64,000 nucleotides of DNA from Amphiscolops sp. MND2022 (taxonomy: Eukaryota): contig OZ076409.1 in NCBI GenBank assembly GCA_964187785.1, positions 10,418,001-10,482,000 of the forward strand, written 5' to 3'. The position numbers were made by a program, and so were the translations under genes. Shown here in pieces: positions 28,313 to 40,886 of the stretch; positions within the stretch are counted from its first letter, which is position 1, and every line of letters starts with the position of its first letter. A model generated the notes under the pieces. It saw only the letters and a list, made by a program, of their open reading frames with translations. It did no database searches and was not told the DNA's origin.

Positions 28313-31300
28313 ATGGCAGATCAAACGCATTGTAGTAAATGCAACGGGCATCTGAGGGGCGGAGGTGTATCGTGCAACGAGTGCGGCTACATTCATATAT
28401 GATGCAGCGGTCTGGCATCCGGACGAGACCACTACGCGGGTTTCATCTGTCAAAACTGCAATCTTGCCGCCGCCCCGCAAGATGACACCAACACACCGCC
28501 CGCAGCGACGCCACAAGCCAATCCGCTTACAACTGTAGAAATAGTCCAAAACGACCCTGACACCTCCCCTAATGTCACTCCGCCCACACCCGCTGACTTC
28601 TGGACGAAAAAAACACCAACACATACTGACTTTATCAAAAAAAGCTACTCTGAAATAGTCCACTGGAAGCCCCAATTTGTCACTCTCAGCAAAAATAAAA
28701 CTGGACATTGCTTCATCGAAAGCCTCAGCATTATCTTCGATGAAGTTGCCGAAAAATCGCGAAACTCAAATGTAGCACTTTACTTCGCGATTGTAATGCC
28801 CCATCTAGTTCTGGCCCGTACGAAAGAGAAACGTGAAACATCCATCGGAAAAACCATTCAAAGAAGAATGGAAGCATGGCTTAGCTGCGAATTTGAGGCG
28901 CTCTTCAACGAAGCAAAGGCACTGCAGCTACGTATACCAAAAGTGCGGAAAACCCAAAACCCCGATGAAATGAAAAGTTTAGACATCCAAATGTCATCCG
29001 GGAAAATCTCAAATGCATTGCGGTGTCTGGATGAGTCTCAGAAAGGCAACGTCCTCTCGCTGCAAGAAAGATTGGGAAACAAAACCGTAATGCAAATCTT
29101 CAGGCGAAACACCCAAAACCGATGACATCAAAAGACAGCTACGTCACTAACAAAAATGACCACAACCTCGAACACCATCACAGTTTTTTCGACAAAATCA
29201 ACGCCTCGACAGTCCGAAAAACAGCCATGGTAACGCAAGGTAGCCACGGACCATCCGGCGTCGACGCCAACGACCGGCGCAGGTGGCTTTCACATTTCGG
29301 TCAAGCATCCACGAACCTCTGCAAGGCTCTTGCAGAATGTGCCCGGAGGCTCGCAACAGAACAAATGCATGATCTAACTCCCTACAACGCATGCCGTCTC
29401 ATACCGCTTGACAAAAACCCAGGTGTCAGACCAATCGGAGTGGGCGAAGTCATCAGACGCATAATTGGGAGGAAAATTCTTCGATGCATCGGGAACGATC
29501 TCAAGATCTTGGGCCAGAATAGGCAACTCTGCCTTGGTCAAAAATGTGGCATCGAACACGCCATTCACAGTCTACGTGAGACGTTCGAGCTGCCCGAGAC
29601 AGAAGGGCTTCTCCTGATTGACGCCAAAAACGCGTTCAATAGTCTAAATAGGGATCTGGCCCTGAAAAATATTCAGAAAACCTGTCCATCCATCACAACA
29701 GCGCTCCGAAACTCATATGGTACACCTTCAAACCTTTATGTGAATGGGAAAACTCTCTTTTCGCAAGAAGGAACTCTTCAAGGCGACCCTTTGGCTATGT
29801 CCATGTATGGCATTGCGCATCTACCGTTAATGGACCTCGTGAACGAAGAAGGAGTGCTTCAAAATTGGTATGCTGACGATAGCAATGTAGCCGGTAGCAT
29901 CGAATCGCTCCGAAATCTCTTCAAAAAACTGAAGCTCCACGGTCCCGCATTTGGATACAACATCACTAAATGTCATCTCATCACGAAAGATTCCTCCCAT
30001 GACAAAGTAAAAGAAGACCTCTTTAAAGACGAGGATGTTGAACTAGTGGGAGGACACCGTTTACTGGGGTCCGTTATTGGATCGTCCGAGGCCTGTCACG
30101 CTTTCGAGTACTCCAAACTCACTGAGTACACGAACATTGCAAACAAACTTGCGTCACATGCGGAAAAGTCACCACAGAATGTCTATGATGCATTTACAAA
30201 AGGTGTTCAACACAAACTCACCTTCCTGTCAAGAGCATCACCTGACAAGGAAAATACACTGCAAAACACCGAATCTCTCTTAACGACGAAACTGATCCCT
30301 AACATCACCGGCCATGGTCAGTTATCTATAGCAGAACGTTCTCTTTTCTCCCTACCGCTCAGCAAAGTGGGCTGAATATCCTTTCACCCGAAGACAGAAG
30401 AAACCATCTGCAGTGGTCAAAGGATGTTACTTCTCATCTAGATGAAGAGGATCTAACCACCGCTGAAGCGAAGCAACACTCAACAGTAAACATGATAAAG
30501 AAACAGAAGCAAGAAATTCAAAAAACTAATATAAAGAAGTCAAATGCAACTTGAATGACGAACAACGACACGCAGTTACACTTGTTTCGGAAAAAGGAGC
30601 ATCCAGCTGGCTAGCAGCCCTCCCACTGAAACGCTATGGTTTCACTCTTACGAAGTCTGAATTTCGGGACAGTCTCGCGCTGCGCTACGGTTGGGAGCCA
30701 AAGAATTTACCTGCCAAATGCCCATGTGGTGAACCCTTCACTGTTGCCCATTCCCTACACTGCGGAAAAGGAGGCTACACTCACATGAGACATGACGAAA
30801 TACACGATACGTTCGCAAAGATAATGAAAGACGTTTGCTTCGACGTCGAGGTGGAGCCGAAACTTCAGAGGTTATAAGGGGAATCCTTCGAAAATAAATC
30901 AACTTGCACTGCTAATGGACTCTGGGATTCACGATTCTCGAGAACGTATTTTGACGTCAAAATTTTTAACCCGCTGGCCAAGTCCTGTCCGAAAGAAGTA
31001 AAGGAAGCGTATAAAAATCATGAAACTTTGAAAAAACTGAAGTACGAACAGAGAATCCTTGATGTGGGAAACAGCTCATTCAATCCTTTTGTCTTCGCGT
31101 GTTCAGGAGGCGCAGGTCCATCAGCCTCGAAAGTTATGTCCCGACTTGCTCTGAAGATCAGCGAAAAAGGACAAGACAGCTACTCGGACGCCATAGAATA
31201 CATCAGGACGCAAATTAGTTTCGCTTTGCTACGCAGTTCCGTGCTATGCCTCAGAGGATCTCGATCTACTCCGTCAAACTGAGGATATATTTATCTCTGC

Positions 31301-31330
31301 AATGGTTGAAGAGAGAAGGTTGTCGTGACT
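28313..31330 (+). mobile_element. Decayed CRE-like non-LTR retrotransposon, single ORF (PHD-RT-Zn knuckle-restriction-like endonuclease)
   Basis: YSEIVHW, PLDKNPGVRPIGVGEVIRR, DAKNAFN, QGDPLAM, WYADD, CPCG..HSLHCGKGG..RHD, FDVKIFNP, KKLKYEQRI; several frameshifts and stops. Confidence 0.88.
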
Positions 31331-33739
31331 TACCTCGACGATCCTAATTTGGTGAAACCTGCGATATATTTACAGCCGATGTTTTTTAAAATTATGATAC
31401 GATGCCCTAATTTATAAATCTCTCCTCCACTTGATGTTCTTGGTGCTTGTTTCATTCAGGGGACCGTTTTTGACACTGTGTGGAGGCTCTGCAGCTTGCA
31501 ACGATCTGGCACCTTGCCTATCTTTTTCTGATTGCCCATGCTTCAACTCGGGCTAATTCCATTTCATAAAGACCCTTTTAAAATGGTTCCAGTTCGCACG
31601 TTCCTTCTTTTTATACTTAAAAAGCATTAAATGAAAGCACTACACTTTGGAAAATTTTATTAAAATAAGAAAAAAATTCTTACAATATTGGTCTTATAGT
31701 TTTTCTTCAATTTCAGAATTCTACAAGCTGGTATTCTACAAACTGGACTTAACCAGTTTGTAGAATACCATTTTGTAGAATGCAGTTTGTTGAAAAAAAA
31801 TTCTACAAACTGGACTTCACTTTTCTACAAACTGGATTCTACAAACTGGTTTTCCACAAACTGGTTCCATACCCTTCATCTAATCGTCAAGTGGAAACGG
31901 TAAGGGTTCGCACGACATCTTTGGGATGTTCGCTTTTCCCTCTAGCGACAACGTATTATTTATCGACTCCTGCCACAGAATTTGCGAGTACTTTGCTAAT
32001 AGACTTCTGTCGTATGAGTAAAAGTTCGAACTAAGGCAGACTAATCGACGCAGGTTACTTTTTTGCTCCTCCATTAGTCTGTGTTCGATTTCAGTAAAAC
32101 ACTCCGGGCGTTCGGGTCTTTTCCACTCCAGGAAGTGAACCACGTCTTTCAAATCTTTTGCAATTGTTGATCCTGAACATCCACCTAATTTCGTGGTTAT
32201 GTAGTCCATGTACACGCCGTTTTCGGAAACCCCGCTCTGTTGAAATGTTTTCAAGTAGTGTTTAATAGAGTTCATTTTGTTGAAGATCGACAGCGGTGGT
32301 AGGCTTGTTATAATTTCTGCCATGGATTGGTATACATTGTGTATTGCCCCAATGGATCGCTTTAACATTTCGTACCATATACTATTTCTCCACCGAATCT
32401 TCCTAGTTGTCATCCACACTATAACCCCATGGAGGAGAATCTGAACAAACGTAGTTTTCTTGAGTTTTACTATGACTTGGTGATTGAGACCATTGGTCCT
32501 GTTCGTAAATCTGGTAATCATCCTTCACATCTGTTGCACTTTTCCTTCGCACATTTACCTCAGCAACGAAAGTATTGGTAGTCTGCATTGACAATAAACT
32601 ATCTTTCGAAAATCACAGCGGTAAAAACCTTCAGAAACGAATCTCCAGCAGATAGAGTTGAGGTAATCATCGCAACTAATCATTCAATTACAAAGAAAAT
32701 CAATTAGAAACTTCTCAGTCATTGAATTCTTTTCCTCTTATCAAATCATATTTTTTTAAAAGAATACCTTTCTTGAAGGTCTTACAACACTTTCAGTACT
32801 TTCCCCACCTAATGTGGAGCTTATACTGTGTATGCACGCTCGCCCTTGCAAAGACCAGCTCACAGTACGACCCCGCACAGCAAGATGGAAACATGATCGG
32901 CTCCAAGGGGCCGCTGGGTACTAGAGGAAATAGGGAAATGTCAGAGGCACGTTTCATACTTGAAAAAACGTTAGATAATATTCCCGAAAATACTACTCCG
33001 TTCTCCCCTTGGGTTTCAACCTGCATTTTGTGTCTCATTCCTCATTTTAGGTCTTATTTCCGTTTTTAGGTCTTTCTCCCACTTTTTTTAGGTCTTGTTC
33101 CAGTTTTAAAGCCTTATACAGCAATTAGGTCTTCTCAAAAATTGCAAAGTATGTTAGGTCTTGTTTCCGTTTTCGTTTTCGGCCTTATTCCGTTCCCCGG
33201 AATGGGCTGATGTCTTCCCACAAGTTCGAAAGATCTTGAGTCGAAAAACTAATTTTAATTTCCACGATTCCAAAATTTTTTCTTGCGAAAAAGAAGCATT
33301 CCTATAATAAATTAAGCAAAACTAGCGAAAACTATTTGGTAATCCAAACATTAATTTTTGGGATGCCATGTCTCAATTGTGCCCAAGTATGTAATTAATA
33401 CCGACTTTCAGTTTGTTTCTCGATTTTGTCTAACTAGTTATTTCAATTCAATAAATAGTAAAACTCGTTCTTACGACGCGGAGTATAGCTGATTTTAGTT
33501 AAATACCTGGATGAAGTTGCAGAGTGAACGAAATTGAGAGAAAGCAGATCAACAGTCTTTCGGACTCATGGGAAATAAAATGTATTTTAGGACTCGTGAA
33601 TAGCAATCGACGGGCTTTCCGAAGTGTGTAACGTGAATTTCGATGAAACTTCAAGTTTTCAGCTGATTCTGCTTGCTGAAATGGGTGGTCTCGGGGTTTC
33701 ATCCGCATCATTATTAGCACTTTGGTGCGAGTGACTTTC

Positions 33740-34950
33740 TCACGTCGATTTTCTCGGAAATCTTCAAAGATTTATCGTTCACAAAAGCGCTTGAGAAATG
33801 GCTAAGTTTGACGAATGAACAAGAATGTCTTCTCGATTGAACACAGAAAAATTGGACCCAACTTGTCTACGTCAAAACCGCCCGATTTGTTTCCTGGAAC
33901 GGATGACAATTGTTCAAAAGTGTTTTTAACGATCATCAAGGCAGATTACGACCTCAGTGGCTGAAAGTTGTTCCTTGTAAGAAACTACGCCTGAAACTTG
34001 ATGATCGGCAGCTTCGGATTTCGATTGGTTTATGTCTCGGAGCTATTATCTGTGTTGCCCATACGTGCCACTGCGGTATAAGAGTTGAACGGGACGGTTT
34101 ACACGGTCTTTTTTGCCGGGATTTCACTACCTCCAAAAAATGGCTTTGGGATCAACCAAAATAGTATTGGTATTGACCAAAAATAGGCTAAAAACTTTTT
34201 GATATACCTAATTATTGATAGACTGATGAATGACCAAAATTCAGTTCAATTTCTTGACGATTTTCGGTAGCACCATTTTTGGAGCTATGGCGTTTTGGTG
34301 CTATGGGGTTTTATCAAACATGACATTCCAATAGAAAGTATTGGTATTGAGAAAAACGGCATTGGTTTGGTTTTGGTACTGAAAAATGTTCGAAGTTTTG
34401 GTATTGACCTCCTAAGTATTGGTATTGTGGTATTGGTATTGGTATTGGTATTGCACTTCCTGCTTTCTGGCACGGAGAAAGTCGGTCGCTTCTCACGTCA
34501 TGATACTCTCGATTCTCTCAAAATGCGGACGATTGGACATCTCTACTTGCCTTCAATGCTCGAGCCACCGAACTGATGGCAAACACTCGGACGGTGTTAC
34601 TATGGTTCCTTGGAAAATGTGTAAACAGCTGGTGTGGCATGTCACGGTTGTGGATGCTCTTGCACCCAGCCGTGTGAATCTAGGCTCTTTATGCAACCCG
34701 GGAACAACCGTCACCGATGCTCGTGGACTTGAGAGGTATCGCGAAATAAAAGACAATGGATACATTTTTCAACCGGTGGCCAGCGTTTTTTAGACAATAC
34801 CAATGAAATATTCTTCACTCGTCTCTGGCAAAAGTCTTGGTCGTTCGCACGACGATCACCGAGCCTCCAGCTTTTCGAAGTAACTGATCGCAATGACTCT
34901 TCAGATCAGCAATGCTGCCTGTACTCTAGGAACTGTGAGCGATTGAAGAA
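33740..34950 (+). mobile_element. 3' fragment of a second RLE-type non-LTR element, split by a ggtatt-repeat insertion (~34117-34462)
   Basis: CHCG...DGLHGLFC | GRFSRHD, DGKHSDGVTMVPW...LVWHVTVVDALAPS motifs. Confidence 0.75.
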
Positions 34951-36479
34951 ATTCATTACCTTTTTGAAACCTGTGTATCATTGCAGTTTTTTGGAATTTG
35001 TTTCTACCGGTTGATTGGGATAGTGGCTGGAATGAGTAGTCTGTTGGTTGTTCTTTGTTGTTACTGGTCTTCTAGGATAGTGGCTGGTATGGGGTTTCCT
35101 CCTTTCGTTGCAGACCACGGGTGCGTGTCTTTCCCCCAATACGATGACACACATAGCACTTGATTGATGACAAAGATCCACGATATCAAGTTGTTTCAAA
35201 AACTTGCTACAGGGCGAAGGGAGCGAAGTGACCGAGCAAATAAAATAGGTAAGAACAAACTCTTCAAATAATAACCACAAAATAATCGCTGCTATGGAGT
35301 TTTTTCGACACTTTGAATAGCTTATATTGTTTCGACTAAATGATTATTCTACGAATATAAAAGGTGCCCAAGGTAAAGAGGAAGACAGTCAAAGCGTCAA
35401 AAATTGTCAAAAATTTTCAAAGTATACAGTATTCAGAATTTTCACAGCGTCGAAAATTTTGAAGTATTGAAATTGTCGAAAGAATTCCGTTGCAGCAATT
35501 ATTTTCAGCTTGTTATTCGAAAAGATTACCAAGTTTGTTGTATGGCTGGGTCGTTTCGCTCCCTTCACCAAGTAGCAACATTGAGGCATGGCCATTTGGC
35601 ACGTCGCTTCGCTCCTGCATTGAGGGCACTAGGTGTGTGTGAATAGAGCAGACTATGTTATTGTACTTAGTTCGCACACAAATTCAACCATTTTCATTCC
35701 ACTTTCAATATCCAGCCCATTAGAACGCGTTCAATAACTATATTTCCGCACGATGAAGAGCTTGAAAAATTTTTGGCGCTTTGAATATTCGACGCTTTGG
35801 GAAACTGCTCGGTGGGAGACTCTCCTTACACGGGTCATCACCCAAAAACAAACAACCAGGCATTCGCTTTTGATTCTGTTCCGGCATTACTGCAAACTTT
35901 ATGAAGCTCTTGTTCTTCGCATTCCTCAAAAATCAGGGGCAAAAATTGGTCACAAGTCACTTAGTTTAAAGTCATTTGGCTTAATTGTTTCGTCGAGTCA
36001 TTTGGCCTACAATTTTCTAAACCAACTAACCACAAAATTAAGCCAAGTCCATTTCAACTCAATCGATAGCTAACAGCAACATATTAAAGACCAATATGGA
36101 AATGAATTTTTAAACGAAGTGGTTAAGAAACAACAACAACAATTGAAAATGTTACAAAATGTTTGGCGTATTTTTTGTTTGCCTCGGTTGCTTCGCTCCC
36201 TTCGCCAAGTAGCAACATTGAGGCACGGCCATTTGGCACGTCGCTCCGCTTCGCTTCGCTCTTGCATTTAAGGCACTAGGGACATGTGAACATAGCTGAC
36301 TACGTTATAACAATAAGTTCGACCAAATCTGCCACGCGTTTTCAACTTAGTTATTTTAGGGCAAGTGACCATTTCCAGAGACATTTGGGTTAAAAAACTA
36401 GGCCACGTGACCAAATGTATTATGCCAAATGACTTGAAGCCAAGTGCCTTTGAGCCAAGTGACCAATTACCCGTTGGTT

Positions 36480-36700
36480 ATTTCCTGGGGTGATTCTGAA
36501 AAGTTGTTAGAAACGAGACTAAGTTTCCTACATGTTGGTCGAAAAAGCCCCTATTTGCGTGAATAGCATACTTCAACAGTTCAGAAACAAAAAGGCCATA
36601 GGCGTTCATTATGCCGCTTCGTTTAAACAACTCATCGGACGAATAAGTGTAGGGCAAAATGTTCAAAAAAAATTGAGTCAGAAGTCCTAAGAGACCTGTA
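36480..36700 (-). mobile_element. Probable LINE ORF2 3' remnant
   Basis: SSDELFKRSGIMNAYGLFVSELLKY resembles post-RT LINE sequence. Confidence 0.4.
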
Positions 36701-38366
36701 AAATTGTATCCAATATTGTAACAGATTGCAATGTTTATTAACTTTTCCACTAGCATCCTTTCCTTTTGTTCTCTATTGTACTGACTTGGCTAGTGAAAAT
36801 TGATCTGGTCCTTCAAGTATACTTTTTGTTATTTCAGACATGTAGGTTTCAATACTTATTTTTCTTTCAACACCTCGGACTTGGTGATCTTCTCAGTCGC
36901 TGCTAGAGCAACTTCAGACTCCTTCTTTCAGGCTCTACAGCAAAAACAGACTTCTTGACGGGAAAATATTAGAGACAGCTGTAAGGAAGTAGATCCCCAG
37001 AGTCTGTAAGATCATAGGCAGACCTTGAATCCTTTTTGTAAGTTTTGAATTTACCGCGTTTGTTTCTTCATGAGTATCTTGATTGTTAACGGACACTCCC
37101 GACTCAGTGTCCCTTTGTCCTGAAGACAGTGAACTCATAATATTTTGTATCTCAGGCATAACCTCTGTCACTGATTGTAGAGCATTTTGCCGTATTGAGA
37201 ATGAATCATGTTGATCAGAGAATCTGGGAACGTCTTATATATATGTCATATGAGAAGATTTCCATAGATTCTAACAATCAATCATTTGTTATGATGAACA
37301 AGGTCTCAGTGTCATTATGACTGAGACGGCCTCAGTGTTGTTATGACTAACTGAGCCATTGATGGTGTTTGCTACTTCCTTTTCAATAGAGTTTATGTTC
37401 TCACCACCTAGCATAACGTCAATATTCTAATAAACTGGCAGAATGTCCATTTCCTTTGAAGGCCTAGCTTTAGCTTTCAACGTTTCAACAGAAGGTATTC
37501 AAATTAGACAAATATAACAAATCATCAGTTGTGTCAAAGCCCTCTGCGGCAAACTATATAACCCAGGAATTAAATTAATAAACGTCTTTGAGCTAAATTC
37601 AGCATCTTATATTTCCTGAAAAGCATCATCAATCATCGTTTGAAAATAGAATCAGAACTCGGCTTGCGGAATGTGCGGGAAAGCTCATATTGCCTTTACT
37701 TCCTTGTAGTACAACTCTTCATGTTTCAAACAATGGAATTAATTGCAAAATAACATACATTTATGATACTTCATGTGTCCAAGTATTCGATGGCGTTTGA
37801 CCAAATGGGCCACATGCTACGCGATAGCACATTTACATTTCAAACTATCGTTTTGTTTATTTTACAAGAACGGGGGGGGGGGGTTAGGTTCCAAATCAGC
37901 CATGTAGTCAAATCAATTTTTTTAGCATCTCTTTAAAGGGGTGATTTGAATTATAGCGACTAGTTTCCATCAAGACAGAACATACTTTATTTATTGAACC
38001 TTTCCAAGTAAAGCCAGATACGCCGCATAGCCTCAGCTAGCCGTACAATTTTGTTCAAGCGGCAACTTTAACTATATTAATGCAACGCTGTGTGTGGCTG
38101 ATCATTACTTTGGACCGGTAGTCCACCACACATCAATCGAGAAGACATTCGAACACGTTTTATTCACGCTTGTGTGTTTGGTGTCTAATTTTCTAATACT
38201 GTATGTAGAAACGGTATTAATCTATTACAAAATATGACCCATAAAAAGCCACAATATAAAACAATTTGGTATTTTCCGCCCACATAAATGGGGGAGGAAA
38301 ATCATGATCTGTGATGCTTTGTTTCACAAATTCTGCCAAAACTCCACTTTAACACTCCATATATTA

Positions 38367-38440
38367 GTCAGCGTGGCTCAGTGGGTAGTGCGTCTGCCTG
38401 GCAGACACGAGGTCATGAGTTCGAGCCCGTGCTGGGGCTT
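38367..38440 (+). other. tRNA-like sequence (probable SINE head or pseudo-tRNA)
   Basis: A box tggctcagtgg, B box gagttcgagccc; anticodon arm non-canonical; a second B box near 38474. Confidence 0.5.
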
Positions 38441-39164
38441 GAAGCTTTTTTGTTTCTCAGCCAGTAGGTCGTGGGTTCGAACCTCTCCTTCCCCATACCA
38501 TACTTTTTTTGCAACCAGCGTGTCGCGGAAAATATCCCGGTGCACAGCGGGCATCTTGTTGAATATTAGATAGTTCTTGTTTAACGGGAACATTTATGGC
38601 AGCTTTCTTTGATGACTGTGTTGTATGTAATATACATTCCCGTCGCGGGCGGCAGCCTGTGACAACAGTGGCATCATTTAATCAGAGCAGTTGTCTCTCG
38701 ACTCGGCAAGAATGGGAGTCAAACTGCTCAACAAAATTGTTGCCCTTCTAGTCATTACACGTGTAGGTCGGATTCCAGGACAATGGAATCTTTCGCTGTT
38801 GAGAAGTTCACATTGTTTTCCTTTTCGGAGAAAATCAATGATTTTTCAAAAACATCGAATGTTTTTAGATTTTGTGATAATGCCAGAAACTTGCAGAAAC
38901 GTATCGAAACGTTTTGATATACAACACAAAAGATTTTGGTATGTTACTCTTCAAATTTGGATGTTTCTTCTAAACACTTGAGCAGGTCACATTCCAATCT
39001 GTGATTGTCAAACTCATTTCTCGCAACGAAGTAACACCTCAGCTTTTTGCCGTTTTACGTGGTTTTAATCCAACAGTTTGATTTCCGTTCATGCCGTGTT
39101 GTTACAAGTGCTTGGTTTCCGTTTGCCAAGTTTGATTAAGAAACTAGATCTAGTTTTTTACTCA

Positions 39165-39270
39165 AAATTTTTCAGATAGATAAATCTGATCATCTTTGGA
39201 GAACACTTTTTGATCTCGAGATCAAAAAGTGTTCTCCAAAGATGATCAGATTTATCTATCTGAAAAATTT
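39165..39270. repeat. Perfect 106-bp spacerless palindrome
   Basis: 53-bp arms are exact reverse complements about gatctc|gagatc (39217/39218). Confidence 0.95.
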
Positions 39271-39854
39271 GTGAACTTGTGTTCAACTCAGTGAGAACTG
39301 GTTTGTTTATCGGTAAAAAAAGCTCAGCAGTTCTCAGAAGAGAATAAAACGACATTTAGAGTTTAGAAATTTCTACCGTACCAAAATTGCAATGAAATCT
39401 TATTGAAACATTTTGAGCTCAATTGTTTAAATACGCGTCAATATGGTTCTATACGTACAAAACGGTTCCAATTTACGTTCCCTGTTTACCTGAGTCGTAT
39501 TGAATGGTGGTACCCATGATTGGGTCCATGTAGAATGGCTTAAATTCCCACACACCACACCCTTGGGACTCCGATTTCTGTCTATTTCACCTCTGGGTAT
39601 ACTGTTTTCAACTAACTTTGTATCAGCACTTGTCTGCCTGATTTCCGCTTTTGTCATAGCATTATCATTGGTAGCATCAATTGCACTTCTCCACCTGGCA
39701 TCGATATCTTTCATTCTAACTTGAACATTTGTAGTGAAAGGCATAAACCTTTTTCGACGGTTGCGGTGAGACTACACAATCATTCATCAATCTCTTGAAT
39801 TCTCTGCAGTTTTGGTATAATAACAACCCAAGCTCGACATGATTTTTAAAAAAT

Positions 39855-39933
39855 AGCCATTACAGGACTCGAACCTGCATCTCAAGACAGATCTAGCTAC
39901 TAGTCAAGCGCCTTAACCATTGGACCAAATGGT
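39855..39933 (-). other. tRNA-like sequence (pseudo-tRNA or SINE head) followed by a T-run
   Basis: tggtccaatgg A box, T arm gcaggttcgagtcctgt, TTTTTT downstream; anticodon stem imperfect. Confidence 0.5.
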
Positions 39934-40886
39934 TTATTTAATCTCACAAATCATTCGACTTATCACTACCAACGCCGTTGTTACAGTATTATGTCCATGA
40001 TGTAAACAGGATTTGTTGCTTTAGAAAGCATAATTTTTGATGAGAATTATTTCTTTTCATTTCCTCAAAAGAAAAATTTGACTGATTTTTGTCGGTGAGA
40101 CAAAGTTCAGGACGTTTGAAATACCAATAAAGAAAGTGGTTTCCATGGTCGGAACCATATCTTTCTATCCATACAATCGCATGGAATCCCATGTTGCGTT
40201 GAATCTAGGTATCCTTGGAGATCGATCTCCTTTCAGACTCCAGTTCTCCTAAAACTGTATGGTAATAATCATATTATGGTGCAATTCTTCTCAACTTTAA
40301 ATGGACGATTGAGACAGTTTCGTTCTAAGTGGTTTCTGCAAACTTCTGAAGGCCTTAGCTGAACGTATGGAAAAAACTCTTGAGTAAAATTTTTGTACAT
40401 TAATATATAGCATTGCACGCATTGTCTTGTCACAAAATGTTTATTTGATGTCTTTGAAAGAAACCGAGACCAAAAAATCGAAAAAACAGAGGGCAGATTT
40501 TCAATTTTTCCAGTTTCCATTTGTTTCCACTTTATCCACCGGTATCAAGGTTGGGTCGCTGCGGCCCTAGCATCTATTGAAATTCACTCACTGAATTGCA
40601 ATCAGAGACACGAGGCGAGCAAGGTTTTGGCGAAATTGAAAGCCTCGTTTGTCTTCTTTCCAACGCACTATACTACCTTGTTGGACTCGAGTAAGAAGAT
40701 ATCGCGGTTGAAAGTTCAAGCAAAAGGTTTTTGGCTGGGTTAGGAAACTTTGTTGTCCATTTATGGGGAAAAATTGACACGTTTTGCGGATATCATTATT
40801 GTGCATGAACATTAAGTTTATTGGAACGAACATTGTTTTTTTTTCGACATTTGTGATTGCAAAATCGCTTCGATCTGTTTCATTGT

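Noticed and set aside
28106..28708. 200-aa minus-strand ORF as a gene
   Set aside because: Antisense shadow of the CRE-like element's N-terminal coding region.
39855..39933. Functional tRNA gene
   Set aside because: Acceptor and anticodon stems pair poorly; kept only as tRNA-like.
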